DNA of 64,000 bases from an uncultured Nitrososphaerota archaeon. Its GTDB lineage: Archaea > Korarchaeota > Korarchaeia > Korarchaeales > Korarchaeaceae. Both the position numbers and the translations under genes were made by a program. The notes beneath the pieces are model-generated. The model had not been told where the DNA came from. It did not search any database and worked only from the letters and a program-made list of their open reading frames with translations. Positions 1 through 9,394 of the stretch are shown here, piece by piece; position 1 is the stretch's first letter; each line of letters starts with the position of its first letter. The stretch spans positions 1 to 64,000 of the forward strand of contig CAZUBM010000004.1 of NCBI GenBank assembly GCA_964618805.1, given 5' to 3'.

Positions 1-1
1 G

Positions 2-328
2 ATTACAATCGGATTCTCAGTATGGAACATAGGCGAGGTAGCTGTGGTTCTAGATAAATACCAGAAGAGAGGTTTCCTAAACAATGCAAGAGCCGTATTC
101 GAAAAGTTCATTGGAGAAACAAGGTTCCTCATAAAGATCAATCAGCTAAAACTAATTTCACTAAACTCCAAGACAATGATTTTGGCCACGAGTTACGTGT
201 TCAAACATGGAATTTACATAGCCGACGCTGTGCAACTAGCATCAGCCAAAGGATTTGATGAATTCCTTTCTTTTGACAAAGAGATAGCTCAGATAGCACG
301 TATCGAGGGTTTCAACGTTAAAACATAA
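2..328 (+). CDS. vapC: PIN-domain (VapC-type) ribonuclease/toxin, 5' truncated by window edge
   Basis: Frame is open from base 2 (ITIGFSVWNIGEVAVVLDKY...). C-terminal PIN motif HGIYIADAVQLASA...FLSFDKE. Confidence 0.75.
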   Translation: MTIGFSVWNIGEVAVVLDKYQKRGFLNNARAVFEKFIGETRFLIKINQLKLISLNSKTMILATSYVFKHGIYIADAVQLASAKGFDEFLSFDKEIAQIARIEGFNVKT

Positions 329-469
329 TTGAAGATGGCTTCTTGTCCCTATAAAGCATGCTTAACAATAAATCTCCTAATAGAGTTGCTACAATTAAAC
401 TAGGGGAATTGCTTTATTTGCCAATGAATCTTACACCGGCTTTGAAAGATAGAACGCATCTGTAGACAA

Positions 470-720
470 TTGCTAAAGGAGATAACAGAAGAGAAAAAGA
501 AACTTCTCTGCAGAAAGAGCTGGAGAAATTGTAATTGCATTGCTTTTCATAGGGCGCTGGAGGATAGAATGGCGTGCAGAAACAATGTAACAATATTCTT
601 GGCAAATACGGAAGGGCGGGAATGTCTTAGAATCATTGTGGCCAAAGAGGTGAAGAAATAGATGGAGTGGAAGTTTAAACTTCATAAAAAGTAGATGTTA
701 TGAAGCAGTATAGGGGAAGG
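470..720 (+). pseudogene. Degraded remnant of an archaeal ATPase/nuclease gene paralogous to 11307-12548
   Basis: RNNVTIFLANTEGRECLRIIVAKEV aligns by eye with RNDLARFLAKTDGWKCRKILVAKEA at the C-terminus of the 11307 ATPase. Flanked by stops/frameshifts; boundaries approximate. Confidence 0.45.
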
Positions 721-852
721 ATACGATAAATCCAAACTTCTAGAAGCACTGCTATTCTTTCCGAGTTAGTTTAGGGGAGGATAGCAATCTAACTTGATAT
801 CGACTCAGATAGAACCACTTTTTAATCTCTATTTTTGCTCTTGTAACGTTGA

Positions 853-1470
853 ATGAGAAAAAGGATCCTGATAAAGGTGCCGAAACTACACGACTTGGGA
901 TATAGGCTCTTCCTCCTTGAAGAAGCAGATAGGCTAGGCCTAACTGGATTCGACGCCAGAAACTTGGTTGAAGAAGGCATGCAGGCAATAGAGGTCCTTG
1001 TAGAGGGCGAAGATAGGAAGGTTAACTTATTCCTAGGTTTCGTCAAGAGATCAATGCCAGAAGGAGCTAAGGTCATAGATATAAGGGTTGAGGATTACGA
1101 AGGGGAGGTTAGATCCATAGAATCCTTTTACAGATTCTTCTCTGCCTCTCAGTTGTCCAAGATAGTCGCTATAGGGATCTCAATGATTGGGGAGCAGAGG
1201 GAAATGGGATCAGAGATGAGAGAAGGCTTTCAAACATTGGGAAACAAGATAGATACAGGATTCAACGAGCTTAGATCAGAGATGAGGCGTGGATTTGAAA
1301 CATTGGGAAACAAGATAGATACAGGATTTGGAGAGTCCATAAAAGGACAAAACATGATTTTGAAGGAATTAAAGAATTTGAGGACGGATCTGAAATCTCA
1401 TATAGAAGAACGGCTTCAAAGACTGGAGAAGGATGTGAAACTAATAAAAGAGAGGCTTGGAATCCGATAG
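853..1470 (+). CDS. Acylphosphatase-like N-terminal domain fused to a coiled-coil repeat region
   Basis: KLHDLGYR...GFDARN...IEVLVEG resembles the acylphosphatase fold with a degenerate GxVQGVGFR motif. C-terminal SEMRxGFxTLGNKIDTGF repeats and a heptad tail. Confidence 0.7.
   Translation: MRKRILIKVPKLHDLGYRLFLLEEADRLGLTGFDARNLVEEGMQAIEVLVEGEDRKVNLFLGFVKRSMPEGAKVIDIRVEDYEGEVRSIESFYRFFSASQLSKIVAIGISMIGEQREMGSEMREGFQTLGNKIDTGFNELRSEMRRGFETLGNKIDTGFGESIKGQNMILKELKNLRTDLKSHIEERLQRLEKDVKLIKERLGIR
1208..1328 (+). repeat. 66-bp (22-codon) intragenic tandem repeat, ~2 copies
   Basis: GATCAGAGATGAG...AAACATTGGGAAACAAGATAGATACAGGATT begins at 1208 and again at 1274. Confidence 0.9.
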
Positions 1471-1691
1471 CTTTGCTTCGCATTATGGGCCTTTTTTCGC
1501 TTAATAGCAAGGATTTTATGATTTGGACATTGAAAATTCTCTTCAAATTGTGGATTAACACTCAAACCGGGAAGGAGATCAATTTTCCCTTCAACTTCTT
1601 GCTAATACATTATAGTTTTTGCACTGAGAAGAAAAATTGTGAATTTATGACCTAAAAGGATAAAGATTTTAAATCATCAAAGCATCAAGCA

Positions 1692-2127
1692 ATGGATGAT
1701 AAGAGAAAAGCCTCAAACGTATTGGCTATTATTTCCTATGTTTTGATCGTTTTGGCTGTTCTTTTATACATTATATCAACTTACAACTTAGTAGAAACGA
1801 TCGTTTTTGACTATGACCTCCGAGGATGCCGTGAATGTCGATATTGTTGAGGGTCCTGGCGGCGCAACAGCGGTTATTACTGCAAGCATAGTCGGAGGAG
1901 GGATAACGAGTACAGAGGTCAATGTGAGGGTAGAGCTATTGGATCAGACTAGAAATGTCTTTCTTCAAGCTGAAAACTCCACAACCATATCTCTAGGTTC
2001 TTCAGAGAAGTTAGTCCTAAGATTTGCTAATTTATCCAGGGAATCACACGCTATTAGGATTAAAATGGGATTTAGCACGCTAAAATCCATGCAAATTGAG
2101 ATAGAATCGGAGATGACGGGTGATTAG
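1692..2127 (+). pseudogene. Membrane-anchored beta-rich protein with an apparent +1 frameshift
   Basis: ATG at 1692 gives MDDKRKASNVLAIISYVLIVLAVLLYIISTY (TM anchor). Removing one T from the T5 run at 1804-1808 fuses it to the 1807-2127 ORF. Confidence 0.55.
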
Positions 2128-2587
2128 ATGACTAGGAGAGATAAGAGCTTGGTTTGGGCATCCTTGCTTATTTTGATATTTGTCGTGGTTCCCCTTGTCT
2201 CCTTCAAATACTTCCCTTGGTTCGAGGAGTCCTTCTACGACCTTACAGGAAAAAGCCCTACCTGGCTTGTGCTCAATCTATCCATTTTGGGCTTAATATT
2301 GGCCGTCCTCAACGTCATTTACGGGATATCTAAGGAAAGAAGTTACATTTCAGTAGTGCCTAAGGTAATATCCCCATTTGTTTGGTTCTATATGGCCATC
2401 TTTTTGTTAGGGCTTGGCGATCCCTCTTCATTTGGAATAGCAAGGCTAACCCTTAGAAATGAGGATCATTATAAGCAGTAAGCTCATAGTACTTAGACTC
2501 CTAAGAGCTGTGGTAGTAGGAGTAGTTTCCAGAGTTCTGGAATTCCTGGCTATAAGGGAAGAGAGAAAAATGGGCCACAAGAGCTAG
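2128..2587 (+). pseudogene. Multi-pass membrane protein with an apparent +1 frameshift near 2450
   Basis: ORF 2128-2481 has three TM helices. The +1 frame continues EMRIIISSKLIVLRLLRAVVVGVVSRVLEFLAIREE to TAG at 2587, a plausible fourth helix. Confidence 0.5.
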
Positions 2588-2677
2588 GAAGTAGTGAAGA
2601 AATAAGATGACATCAAAAGCTAGGAAACAACAAATAGAAGTAAAGAAATAACTTCCCTTGTGGTTCCCTTCATTTCT

Positions 2678-3817
2678 TCAAGAGTTCTCGACACACATCA
2701 CATATATTCTATAAAGCTTTTCAGCCACTCTCTTCCATGAATACTCTTCTGCCTTCTTTCTGGCATATCTTCCCATGGAATCGCGTAAACTTCGATCAAA
2801 TAGCAAAGATATCGCCTCAGCTAGCTTTTTATGGTCCTGCTTAGGCACTATTATCCCATCCCTCATATGGCCAACTATTTGGCTCGGACCTTCGGTATTA
2901 GTAACTATAACTGGCTTTCCACAGGCCATGGCCTCAATTACTACTTTTCCAAAAGGTTCTACTAAAGAAGGAAGGCAGAAAATGTCAGAGCTTCTGTAAA
3001 GATCTCTTAGCCTTCTCCTTGACACTCGGCTCTCAAACACGACTTCATCACTAAGACCAAGCCTCTTAGCAATCTCGCAAAGCCTTGCCCTTTCAGGTCC
3101 ATCGCCAACTATCCTTAGCCTCACGCAGCCTTTTTTTAAAACATGTACGGCCCTTATTAGGTAGTCAATTCCCTTCCTTTTCGTTAAGTTGGCGACTGTC
3201 AGTATCTCAATAAATTCCCTCTCCACCTTATTCTCTGCTGGTGAGAAGAAGTCTGTATCCACACCAAGTGGGATTACCCATACTTTATCAGGATCTAACA
3301 TCTTCAAATACGCCTCCTTTAACCTCTTCGTTTGAACCAAGACTGCGCTTGCCCTCTTAATGGTTGAAATGTGAGCTCCATATGTAAATCTTAGGGCAGA
3401 AGGACCTATGGTGGGATGACAAATTGGGCCTATAATAAATGGAATGCCCATTCTTTTTGTAATCGAGGTAATGGGATCAGATGTAAGGCCATATACTGCT
3501 GGAAACATCCTGTGTACGAGATCAATCTTGTTTGAAAACAGGATCTCGGAGGAAATTAAAAAAGCACTCAGTTGATAATAAAAACCATTCATCAAACCAA
3601 TTATGGAACTTGAAAGCCTAATGTAGTCCCTTATAACCCTTATTTCATAAATTCTGGCGTTTTTAAGTGGTCTTTTAATCAACACATTTCCTGCTACAGC
3701 ATAAAACTTCACCCTCTCATTGAGTTGTTTCATGATATTGTATGCTGCAAGCCCCTCGCTAGCCGGATAATAATCGCTAAGCTCGTAGGCCGATGAAGAC
3801 AGCAAGACCCTCAACAT
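2678..3817 (-). CDS. Glycosyltransferase family 4 (GT-B)
   Basis: IPLGVD, VANLTKRKGIDYL, IVGDGPE and LPSLVEPFGKVVIEAMACGKPVI motifs. Confidence 0.92.
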   Translation of the reverse strand: MLRVLLSSSAYELSDYYPASEGLAAYNIMKQLNERVKFYAVAGNVLIKRPLKNARIYEIRVIRDYIRLSSSIIGLMNGFYYQLSAFLISSEILFSNKIDLVHRMFPAVYGLTSDPITSITKRMGIPFIIGPICHPTIGPSALRFTYGAHISTIKRASAVLVQTKRLKEAYLKMLDPDKVWVIPLGVDTDFFSPAENKVEREFIEILTVANLTKRKGIDYLIRAVHVLKKGCVRLRIVGDGPERARLCEIAKRLGLSDEVVFESRVSRRRLRDLYRSSDIFCLPSLVEPFGKVVIEAMACGKPVIVTNTEGPSQIVGHMRDGIIVPKQDHKKLAEAISLLFDRSLRDSMGRYARKKAEEYSWKRVAEKLYRIYVMCVENS

Positions 3818-3985
3818 ACTTCCCTAATCCCTTCTAGATGCTCCAATTCATCTCTTAACAAATATCCTTATTAATGTAGTTGCAGCACTGCAGGACTTCA
3901 GTTGAATTAAATCATTCGTTTTAACAAAAACAAGGACAACCAAGTTCATCGCTACGTCATTTAGCCATGAATCATGTTTAAGCAC

Positions 3986-4004
3986 GGTTGTTCGACGAAC
4001 AACC
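3986..4004. promoter_or_regulatory. Perfect 9-1-9 palindrome, candidate operator between the divergent GT4 and Ig-domain operon
   Basis: GGTTGTTCG-A-CGAACAACC; a related half-site GGTTGTTG lies at ~4053. Confidence 0.45.
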
Positions 4005-4133
4005 TTTGGCTTCAATGTCAAAAGTATCGTTACTAAGTGAGTTCAAGATCAAGGTTGTTGACATCAAAGTTTGACGAAAGAATTCGCTTCTAGCCTCTTA
4101 TAATACCTCTTGAACCACATTGTCCAAGATTGG

Positions 4134-5558
4134 ATGAAATTGAAACGATTTTTCAGGCCTAAAAGAATTTTGTACGCATTTCAAATCATTATTCTGGCTT
4201 TAGTGATAGCTGGCATACCCCTCGTTACTAAAGATGTGACAGCAACGGCTTCTTACAGCATCTCGATATCGGTAAATCCAACTTCAGGAGAGAAAGGAAC
4301 TAGCTTTAAGGTCATAGCAAGCGTGAGCATATCGAATATGAAGACAGGAACTGCTTACGTTATTCTTAAAACGGTCGCTCCAGATGGAACATACGCCTAT
4401 TATGCAAGCTCGGCAAAGGATGTTCCTCCCCACAGGCAATGGACCTCTGGAGATATGCCAGTCTCTCAGACTTATACTTGGACTGTGACAGCGACCCAGA
4501 AGGGGGATTACGTCTCTACGATAGAAATAGTGATCGATGGAGATGCACCTAATGGCTTCCTAAAGGACAGTAGATCTGCAACATTTAGTGTGACATCTTC
4601 TGGCGAAGTAAGTGAAGATAGCTCCTCTTCTTGGATAGATGTCTCAGTTTCTCCTAGTTCAGTCCAGCAGGGAGGAACAGTGAAAATTACAGTTTCTACA
4701 AGCAGTTGGCTACCAGCAAACCCCCAAATATTGACGTACGTATATCCACCAAGCTCAAGCAAACCAGCAACATCCTACTCTGGAAAAGGGACTTTCTCCT
4801 TCAGCGTCCCTAGCAACGCGCAAACCGGAACCTGGACTGTAAAGAGTGTTATAAGGGACAGTGCTAGTAATAAAGTGGCCCAGGACCAGGCTGTCTTTAG
4901 CGTAATCACCTCGGGAGGAGAAAAGAGTTCAGGTCTGAGCAGTTGGATACAGATAAGGTCAGTTAGACCAGGAAGCCCTTACGAGGGCCAAGCTGTTAAG
5001 ATAGCTGTGCGCTACAATTACGCTGGTGAAGAGATACATAAGAGAGTAAGACTTATCGCCTTTGGGCAGGAGATGCAGCAGAGCGCATATAAAGGAAAGA
5101 ACGACGCTTCTTTCTCCATCATCCCAACCAAGGCGGGGACCTTTACTATAACCGCCATACTAGAGGAAGAAAAGCGGTCTCCAGTATTTGGAAAGTACTG
5201 GTCGGAGGTAGCATCTGACAGCTACACGATCACAGTAAACGTTAAGCTGACAACTCAACTCGTTCTAGAGTTCCCGAAAAAGGTGTATGTAGGAGATGCT
5301 ATCAACATAACAGTGAAGCTTCTCTGCGGAGGATTAGAGCTTAAAGGGATCTCTTGCAAGCTATATGTGGATCAGAGCGTGCATAACATCTTGAGCGGAG
5401 GGACCTTCACGATAAAGGCGACTAGGACAGGGACCATAGATGTGAGTGCGAAGTTCGAGGGAGATGAGGCACACAAACCCAGCCAGAATGGTGGAGGTCT
5501 GATAGAGGTCTGGACGAAGCCCAAGATAGAAGTAGATGAGGTCAAAACAAAGGGCTGA
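4134..5558 (+). CDS. Secreted multi-Ig-like-domain protein (putative filament tip/adhesin) ending in an orphan beta-strand
   Basis: Signal peptide MKLKRFFRPKRILYAFQIIILALVIAGIPLVTKDVTA (ATG 4134 preferred to TTG 4110). About four beta-sandwich repeats (e.g. VSVSPSSVQQGGTVKITV, TTQLVLEFPKKVYVGDAINITV). No C-terminal TM; ends WTKPKIEVDEVKTKG. Confidence 0.75.
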   Translation: MKLKRFFRPKRILYAFQIIILALVIAGIPLVTKDVTATASYSISISVNPTSGEKGTSFKVIASVSISNMKTGTAYVILKTVAPDGTYAYYASSAKDVPPHRQWTSGDMPVSQTYTWTVTATQKGDYVSTIEIVIDGDAPNGFLKDSRSATFSVTSSGEVSEDSSSSWIDVSVSPSSVQQGGTVKITVSTSSWLPANPQILTYVYPPSSSKPATSYSGKGTFSFSVPSNAQTGTWTVKSVIRDSASNKVAQDQAVFSVITSGGEKSSGLSSWIQIRSVRPGSPYEGQAVKIAVRYNYAGEEIHKRVRLIAFGQEMQQSAYKGKNDASFSIIPTKAGTFTITAILEEEKRSPVFGKYWSEVASDSYTITVNVKLTTQLVLEFPKKVYVGDAINITVKLLCGGLELKGISCKLYVDQSVHNILSGGTFTIKATRTGTIDVSAKFEGDEAHKPSQNGGGLIEVWTKPKIEVDEVKTKG

Positions 5559-5567
5559 GGTGATCTT

Positions 5568-6260
5568 ATGAGACTTAGGATGGGCATTTATGCATGGCTT
5601 CTCCTTATCCTGTCTATCTCTACCTTAGCACTGGGTACGTATGCTCTAAACAAAGTATATAGAGGGAACGTGGTTGAGATAAGAGGAAGAGTTGTAGATG
5701 AACTCGGACGTGGAGTCTCTAATGCTGTAGTTCAACTTAAGGATGGAGCAACCATCTTGGCGTCGACAAAATCAGGATCAGATGGAAGCTTTATAATAAA
5801 ATGGAATGTTCCAAGCTCGTATCCATTAGGTTCAAAAACTCTCACCCTATATGTCCCAGAACAGTCTTCCATTTATGTGGAGGAGTCATCAACTTCTATA
5901 GAGATGGAGATATGGGACAAAACCACTCTAAAACTCAATTCTATTCCAAAGAAGATACATAGAGGAGATGTCGTGACAATATCTGGAACCCTAACAGTGT
6001 TAGGATCTGGTGATCCAGTTTCCGGTGTAACCATAGCTATCTCCTATGGACAAAGCGAACTCGGTTCAACAAGAACAAGTAAAGACGGTAGGTTTTCTAT
6101 ATCGTTTAAGGTTCCAAAGAATTGGAATAGAGGACCGATTACAATTATTGCTGAGTTTCCAGGATCTCCCACCATCTATCTAGATGGCTCCAAGGACTCT
6201 ACAAGCACAGCTTTGTGGATAAAACCTACTATACAGGTCAAAAGCGTAACCTCAGGATAG
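5568..6260 (+). CDS. Secreted two-domain Ig-like protein (putative filament shaft subunit)
   Basis: GAGGTGA RBS and signal peptide. Two Big/carboxypeptidase-regulatory-like repeats; the first lacks the opening strand. Ends WIKPTIQVKSVTSG. Confidence 0.75.
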   Translation: MRLRMGIYAWLLLILSISTLALGTYALNKVYRGNVVEIRGRVVDELGRGVSNAVVQLKDGATILASTKSGSDGSFIIKWNVPSSYPLGSKTLTLYVPEQSSIYVEESSTSIEMEIWDKTTLKLNSIPKKIHRGDVVTISGTLTVLGSGDPVSGVTIAISYGQSELGSTRTSKDGRFSISFKVPKNWNRGPITIIAEFPGSPTIYLDGSKDSTSTALWIKPTIQVKSVTSG

Positions 6261-6263
6261 GTT

Positions 6264-7553
6264 ATGGGCAAGAGGATGAGTTTGAGGAAGGCGATTCTCT
6301 GCCTGCTCCTATTATTTCTACTGCTCTGCTTTTCCCCCGCCTCTGCTGCATCAAAACAGACTTATATCAGAGGGCAATCAGTTCTCTTAATAGCTAGGAT
6401 TCAAGACGATCTAAACAATCCCATTCCTGGTGTAAGATTGCAGTTTGAAGATCAAACAGACAACGTATATTTAGGGGATAACATTACCGATGCAAGTGGC
6501 GTAGCTTCGATAATGTGGAATACTTCTTCATCTTCGTTAGGTCCTCACGTAATCCATGTTTGGAACATCGAACATCAGGACCTATACGTAGAAGAAAGTC
6601 ACGCTTACTTAGAAGTTCATATAATAACTCCAGCAGAACTCTCTTTCTCTGTTCAATCTCCTGGGGCTGTTAAACCTGGAGAAAGATTTGTTATCACAGT
6701 AATTGTAGAAAACTTGGGTGAAGCTAGTATAAAAGATGTTATCGTTACACTAGGCGATCAGAGGCATAATATTGGGACGATAGATGGTGGAGGTAACTCA
6801 AAGACAAGCTTTGGTCTCATTGCTCCCGAGGCTGCAGGAAACTACATAGTTCAAGGCTCTATACGCGGAGAGGAAGAAGGAACTGGGAAGGTTTTACAAA
6901 AAAGCTTCAAAGTGAGTTACAGGGTCAAGATTGAGGGATTTGGCATCTCGATAAGCGCACCATCCAATGTAGAAGAGAACGAGAATTTTGATTTCTTAGT
7001 CATGCTCAATAACATTGGAGAAGATTCTCTGAAAATTGATGTTGAAGTCGTTCTAAGTGGGGCAGCCCCTAAAAACTTTCATCGGACTGTAACGCTTCCC
7101 CCGGGGGAATCAAAGGCAATTTATTTTTCTGCTAAAGCTGGAACTGGAGATTTGCTAACTATTACAGCTACCGGAACTGCTGGTAACCTTCGGGAATCGG
7201 ATCAAGTCAGTATAAATGTGTTGCATCCTCCCCAACTCCTCGCACCTTCCCAGCCCCCATCACCTGCCTTACTACCAAGTCAAACGCCTGCTCCCCTACA
7301 ATCTCCAGAACCCCGCTCTTTACCTCCTATTACAACTGAGAACCCTCCTGTGTCTACAACTCCCTCTAAAACATCCATACCGTCAGAAACATCTCCCCGA
7401 ACAACTCCAGAAGCTAAGGAATCGATCCCTGAATCACCACCTCCTACCCACGTCATAGGGGAAAGGAAGCCATACTCCTTGAATACTGTTGTAACAATCG
7501 CCCTTGTAATATTATTATTCATAAGGAGAATCTGGAAAGTAGAAGAACCTTAA
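6264..7553 (+). CDS. Ig/CARDB-like surface protein with Pro/Ser/Thr linker and C-terminal membrane anchor (putative filament base)
   Basis: Signal peptide ending ASA. Ig-like domain, then CARDB-like domains (VENLGEA, LPPGESK), a ~75-aa Pro/Thr-rich linker and TM TVVTIALVILLFI followed by RR. Confidence 0.78.
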   Translation: MGKRMSLRKAILCLLLLFLLLCFSPASAASKQTYIRGQSVLLIARIQDDLNNPIPGVRLQFEDQTDNVYLGDNITDASGVASIMWNTSSSSLGPHVIHVWNIEHQDLYVEESHAYLEVHIITPAELSFSVQSPGAVKPGERFVITVIVENLGEASIKDVIVTLGDQRHNIGTIDGGGNSKTSFGLIAPEAAGNYIVQGSIRGEEEGTGKVLQKSFKVSYRVKIEGFGISISAPSNVEENENFDFLVMLNNIGEDSLKIDVEVVLSGAAPKNFHRTVTLPPGESKAIYFSAKAGTGDLLTITATGTAGNLRESDQVSINVLHPPQLLAPSQPPSPALLPSQTPAPLQSPEPRSLPPITTENPPVSTTPSKTSIPSETSPRTTPEAKESIPESPPPTHVIGERKPYSLNTVVTIALVILLFIRRIWKVEEP

Positions 7554-7836
7554 GAAACATGTTAAAGGATAGATTAGTTTAGCTGTACTTAAAATGCAGT
7601 ATCCTCTTAAGACCTTTAATTAACTTACCCTTTAAGTAGGTTCCGTGTCAATAGCTAAAAATCGTTCAACTGGTGAATGATAGCACCTCGCGATTGAAAC
7701 TGCCAATTCCTTAAGATTCCCTGCAAGTCAATACCAGTTCATGAGATTGCAAAGAAAAATTCTAAAGCGACTTTTTATTGGATTTCCTATCTATTCGTAG
7801 GAGATCTTAATCCTTACTTGAGGGATATGCAATGAG

Positions 7837-9240
7837 GTGGTATTGTTGAAAAAGATCTCACTGATCCTATCAGGTGGTTGTGGAACCCGTCTTTGGCCTT
7901 TAAGTAGGGAACTTTACCCAAAACAATTTGCAAAAACCTTTAACAAAAATTCGACGTTTCAAAACGCGCTTCTTAGGGCAGTGTCTACCGTTAGAGACCT
8001 CTCGCACGTGTACGTTGTGACAAACAAGGAGTATCGATTTCATGTTTTAAGGCAAGCTGAGGAAATTGGCTTCAACTTAAAAGAGGAGAATGTAATAGCT
8101 GAGCCCTTGAAAAGGAATACGGCTCCTGCCATCTACTTCGGTATAAAATGTGCCGTACCTGAGGGAGAAGATGCCCTTGTATCAGTTTTACCTGCAGATC
8201 ACGTTATCCCATCCCTCTCAGAATATGAGAAGGCCATGGAGCTGGGACTCAAAGTTGCTGAAAATGACTACTTAGTCACGTTTGGAATAAAGCCAAAGAA
8301 ACCAGAAACTGGATATGGATACATCAAAGCAGGAGAGAGGATATTTGAGGGAGCCTACAAGGCTGAGAGGTTTATAGAGAAACCCAATTTAGAGCGGGCC
8401 AAGTATTTCCTTAAGGAGGGAGGTTACTATTGGAACAGCGGGATGTTCGTCTTCAAGGCAAGCGTTTTCGAGGAGGAAGTTAGAAGATACCTGCCAGAAG
8501 TTTACGAGGCATTTTCCAAAGAGGACTGGATGAAACGTCTTGAGGAAATTTACGAGGCACTTCCAAACATCTCAGTCGACTATGGGGTCATGGAGAAGTC
8601 AGATAAGGTAGCGATAGTTCCAACGGATATGGAATGGAGCGATATAGGAAGCTTCGACTCTCTATATGAGCTCTTAGAAAAGGATCCTAATGGAAATGCG
8701 GTGATGGGGAAGTGCTATCTTATGGACTCTAGGAACAACTTAGTCATTGGCGAAAGGCTGGTAGCGATGATTGGCGTGGAAAACCTGATGGTCTTAGATT
8801 CGGGGGATGCTTTACTGATATGTCCAAGAGGAAGAGGACAAGACGTCAGAACCTTATTCAATGAATTGAAGGAGAACGGAGAAGAAGAAGCTTTACTTCA
8901 CAGAACAGTGTATAGACCCTGGGGATCCTACACAGTGCTTGAGGAGGGGCCCGGTTATAAGGTAAAAAGGATCACAGTTCTTCCTCACAAGAGGCTTAGC
9001 CTGCAGATGCACTATCACAGGAGTGAACACTGGGTAGTAATTAAGGGGATGGCTAAGGTCACGAAAGGAGATAAAGTCTTCTTCCTCAGACCTCAGGAGA
9101 GCACATTTGTGCCTCCTGGAGTTCTGCATAGGATTGAAAATCCCGGAAAAATACCTTTAGAGGTAATAGAAGTCCAGAACGGAGAGTACATAGAGGAGGA
9201 CGATATCGTAAGAGTCGAAGACGATTACAAGAGGACATAA
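7837..9240 (+). CDS. manC: Mannose-1-phosphate guanylyltransferase / mannose-6-phosphate isomerase (bifunctional)
   Basis: LSGGCGTRLWPLSRELYPKQF, RNTAPA, PETGYGYI, FIEKP, WNSGMF; C-terminal cupin RPWGSY, LSLQMHYHRSEHW. Confidence 0.95.
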   Translation: MVLLKKISLILSGGCGTRLWPLSRELYPKQFAKTFNKNSTFQNALLRAVSTVRDLSHVYVVTNKEYRFHVLRQAEEIGFNLKEENVIAEPLKRNTAPAIYFGIKCAVPEGEDALVSVLPADHVIPSLSEYEKAMELGLKVAENDYLVTFGIKPKKPETGYGYIKAGERIFEGAYKAERFIEKPNLERAKYFLKEGGYYWNSGMFVFKASVFEEEVRRYLPEVYEAFSKEDWMKRLEEIYEALPNISVDYGVMEKSDKVAIVPTDMEWSDIGSFDSLYELLEKDPNGNAVMGKCYLMDSRNNLVIGERLVAMIGVENLMVLDSGDALLICPRGRGQDVRTLFNELKENGEEEALLHRTVYRPWGSYTVLEEGPGYKVKRITVLPHKRLSLQMHYHRSEHWVVIKGMAKVTKGDKVFFLRPQESTFVPPGVLHRIENPGKIPLEVIEVQNGEYIEEDDIVRVEDDYKRT

Positions 9241-9394
9241 GAGAGAGCAACTGCTACGAAACAATCTCTCAAGCAGTTAATATACATTTTACATTTCCTA
9301 ATTTCTGAAGAGCGTTAGCTGTTAGTAACCCATAGAGAGATACAGGCGTTTAATCAAATTTTTATTATTCTCAAGCTATCGAGTAGGGATAAAA

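Noticed and set aside
4134-7553. Three Ig genes as one frameshifted or fragmented adhesin
   Set aside because: Each has its own start and signal peptide, gene 2 has a GAGGTGA RBS, and both breaks fall at the same structural register.
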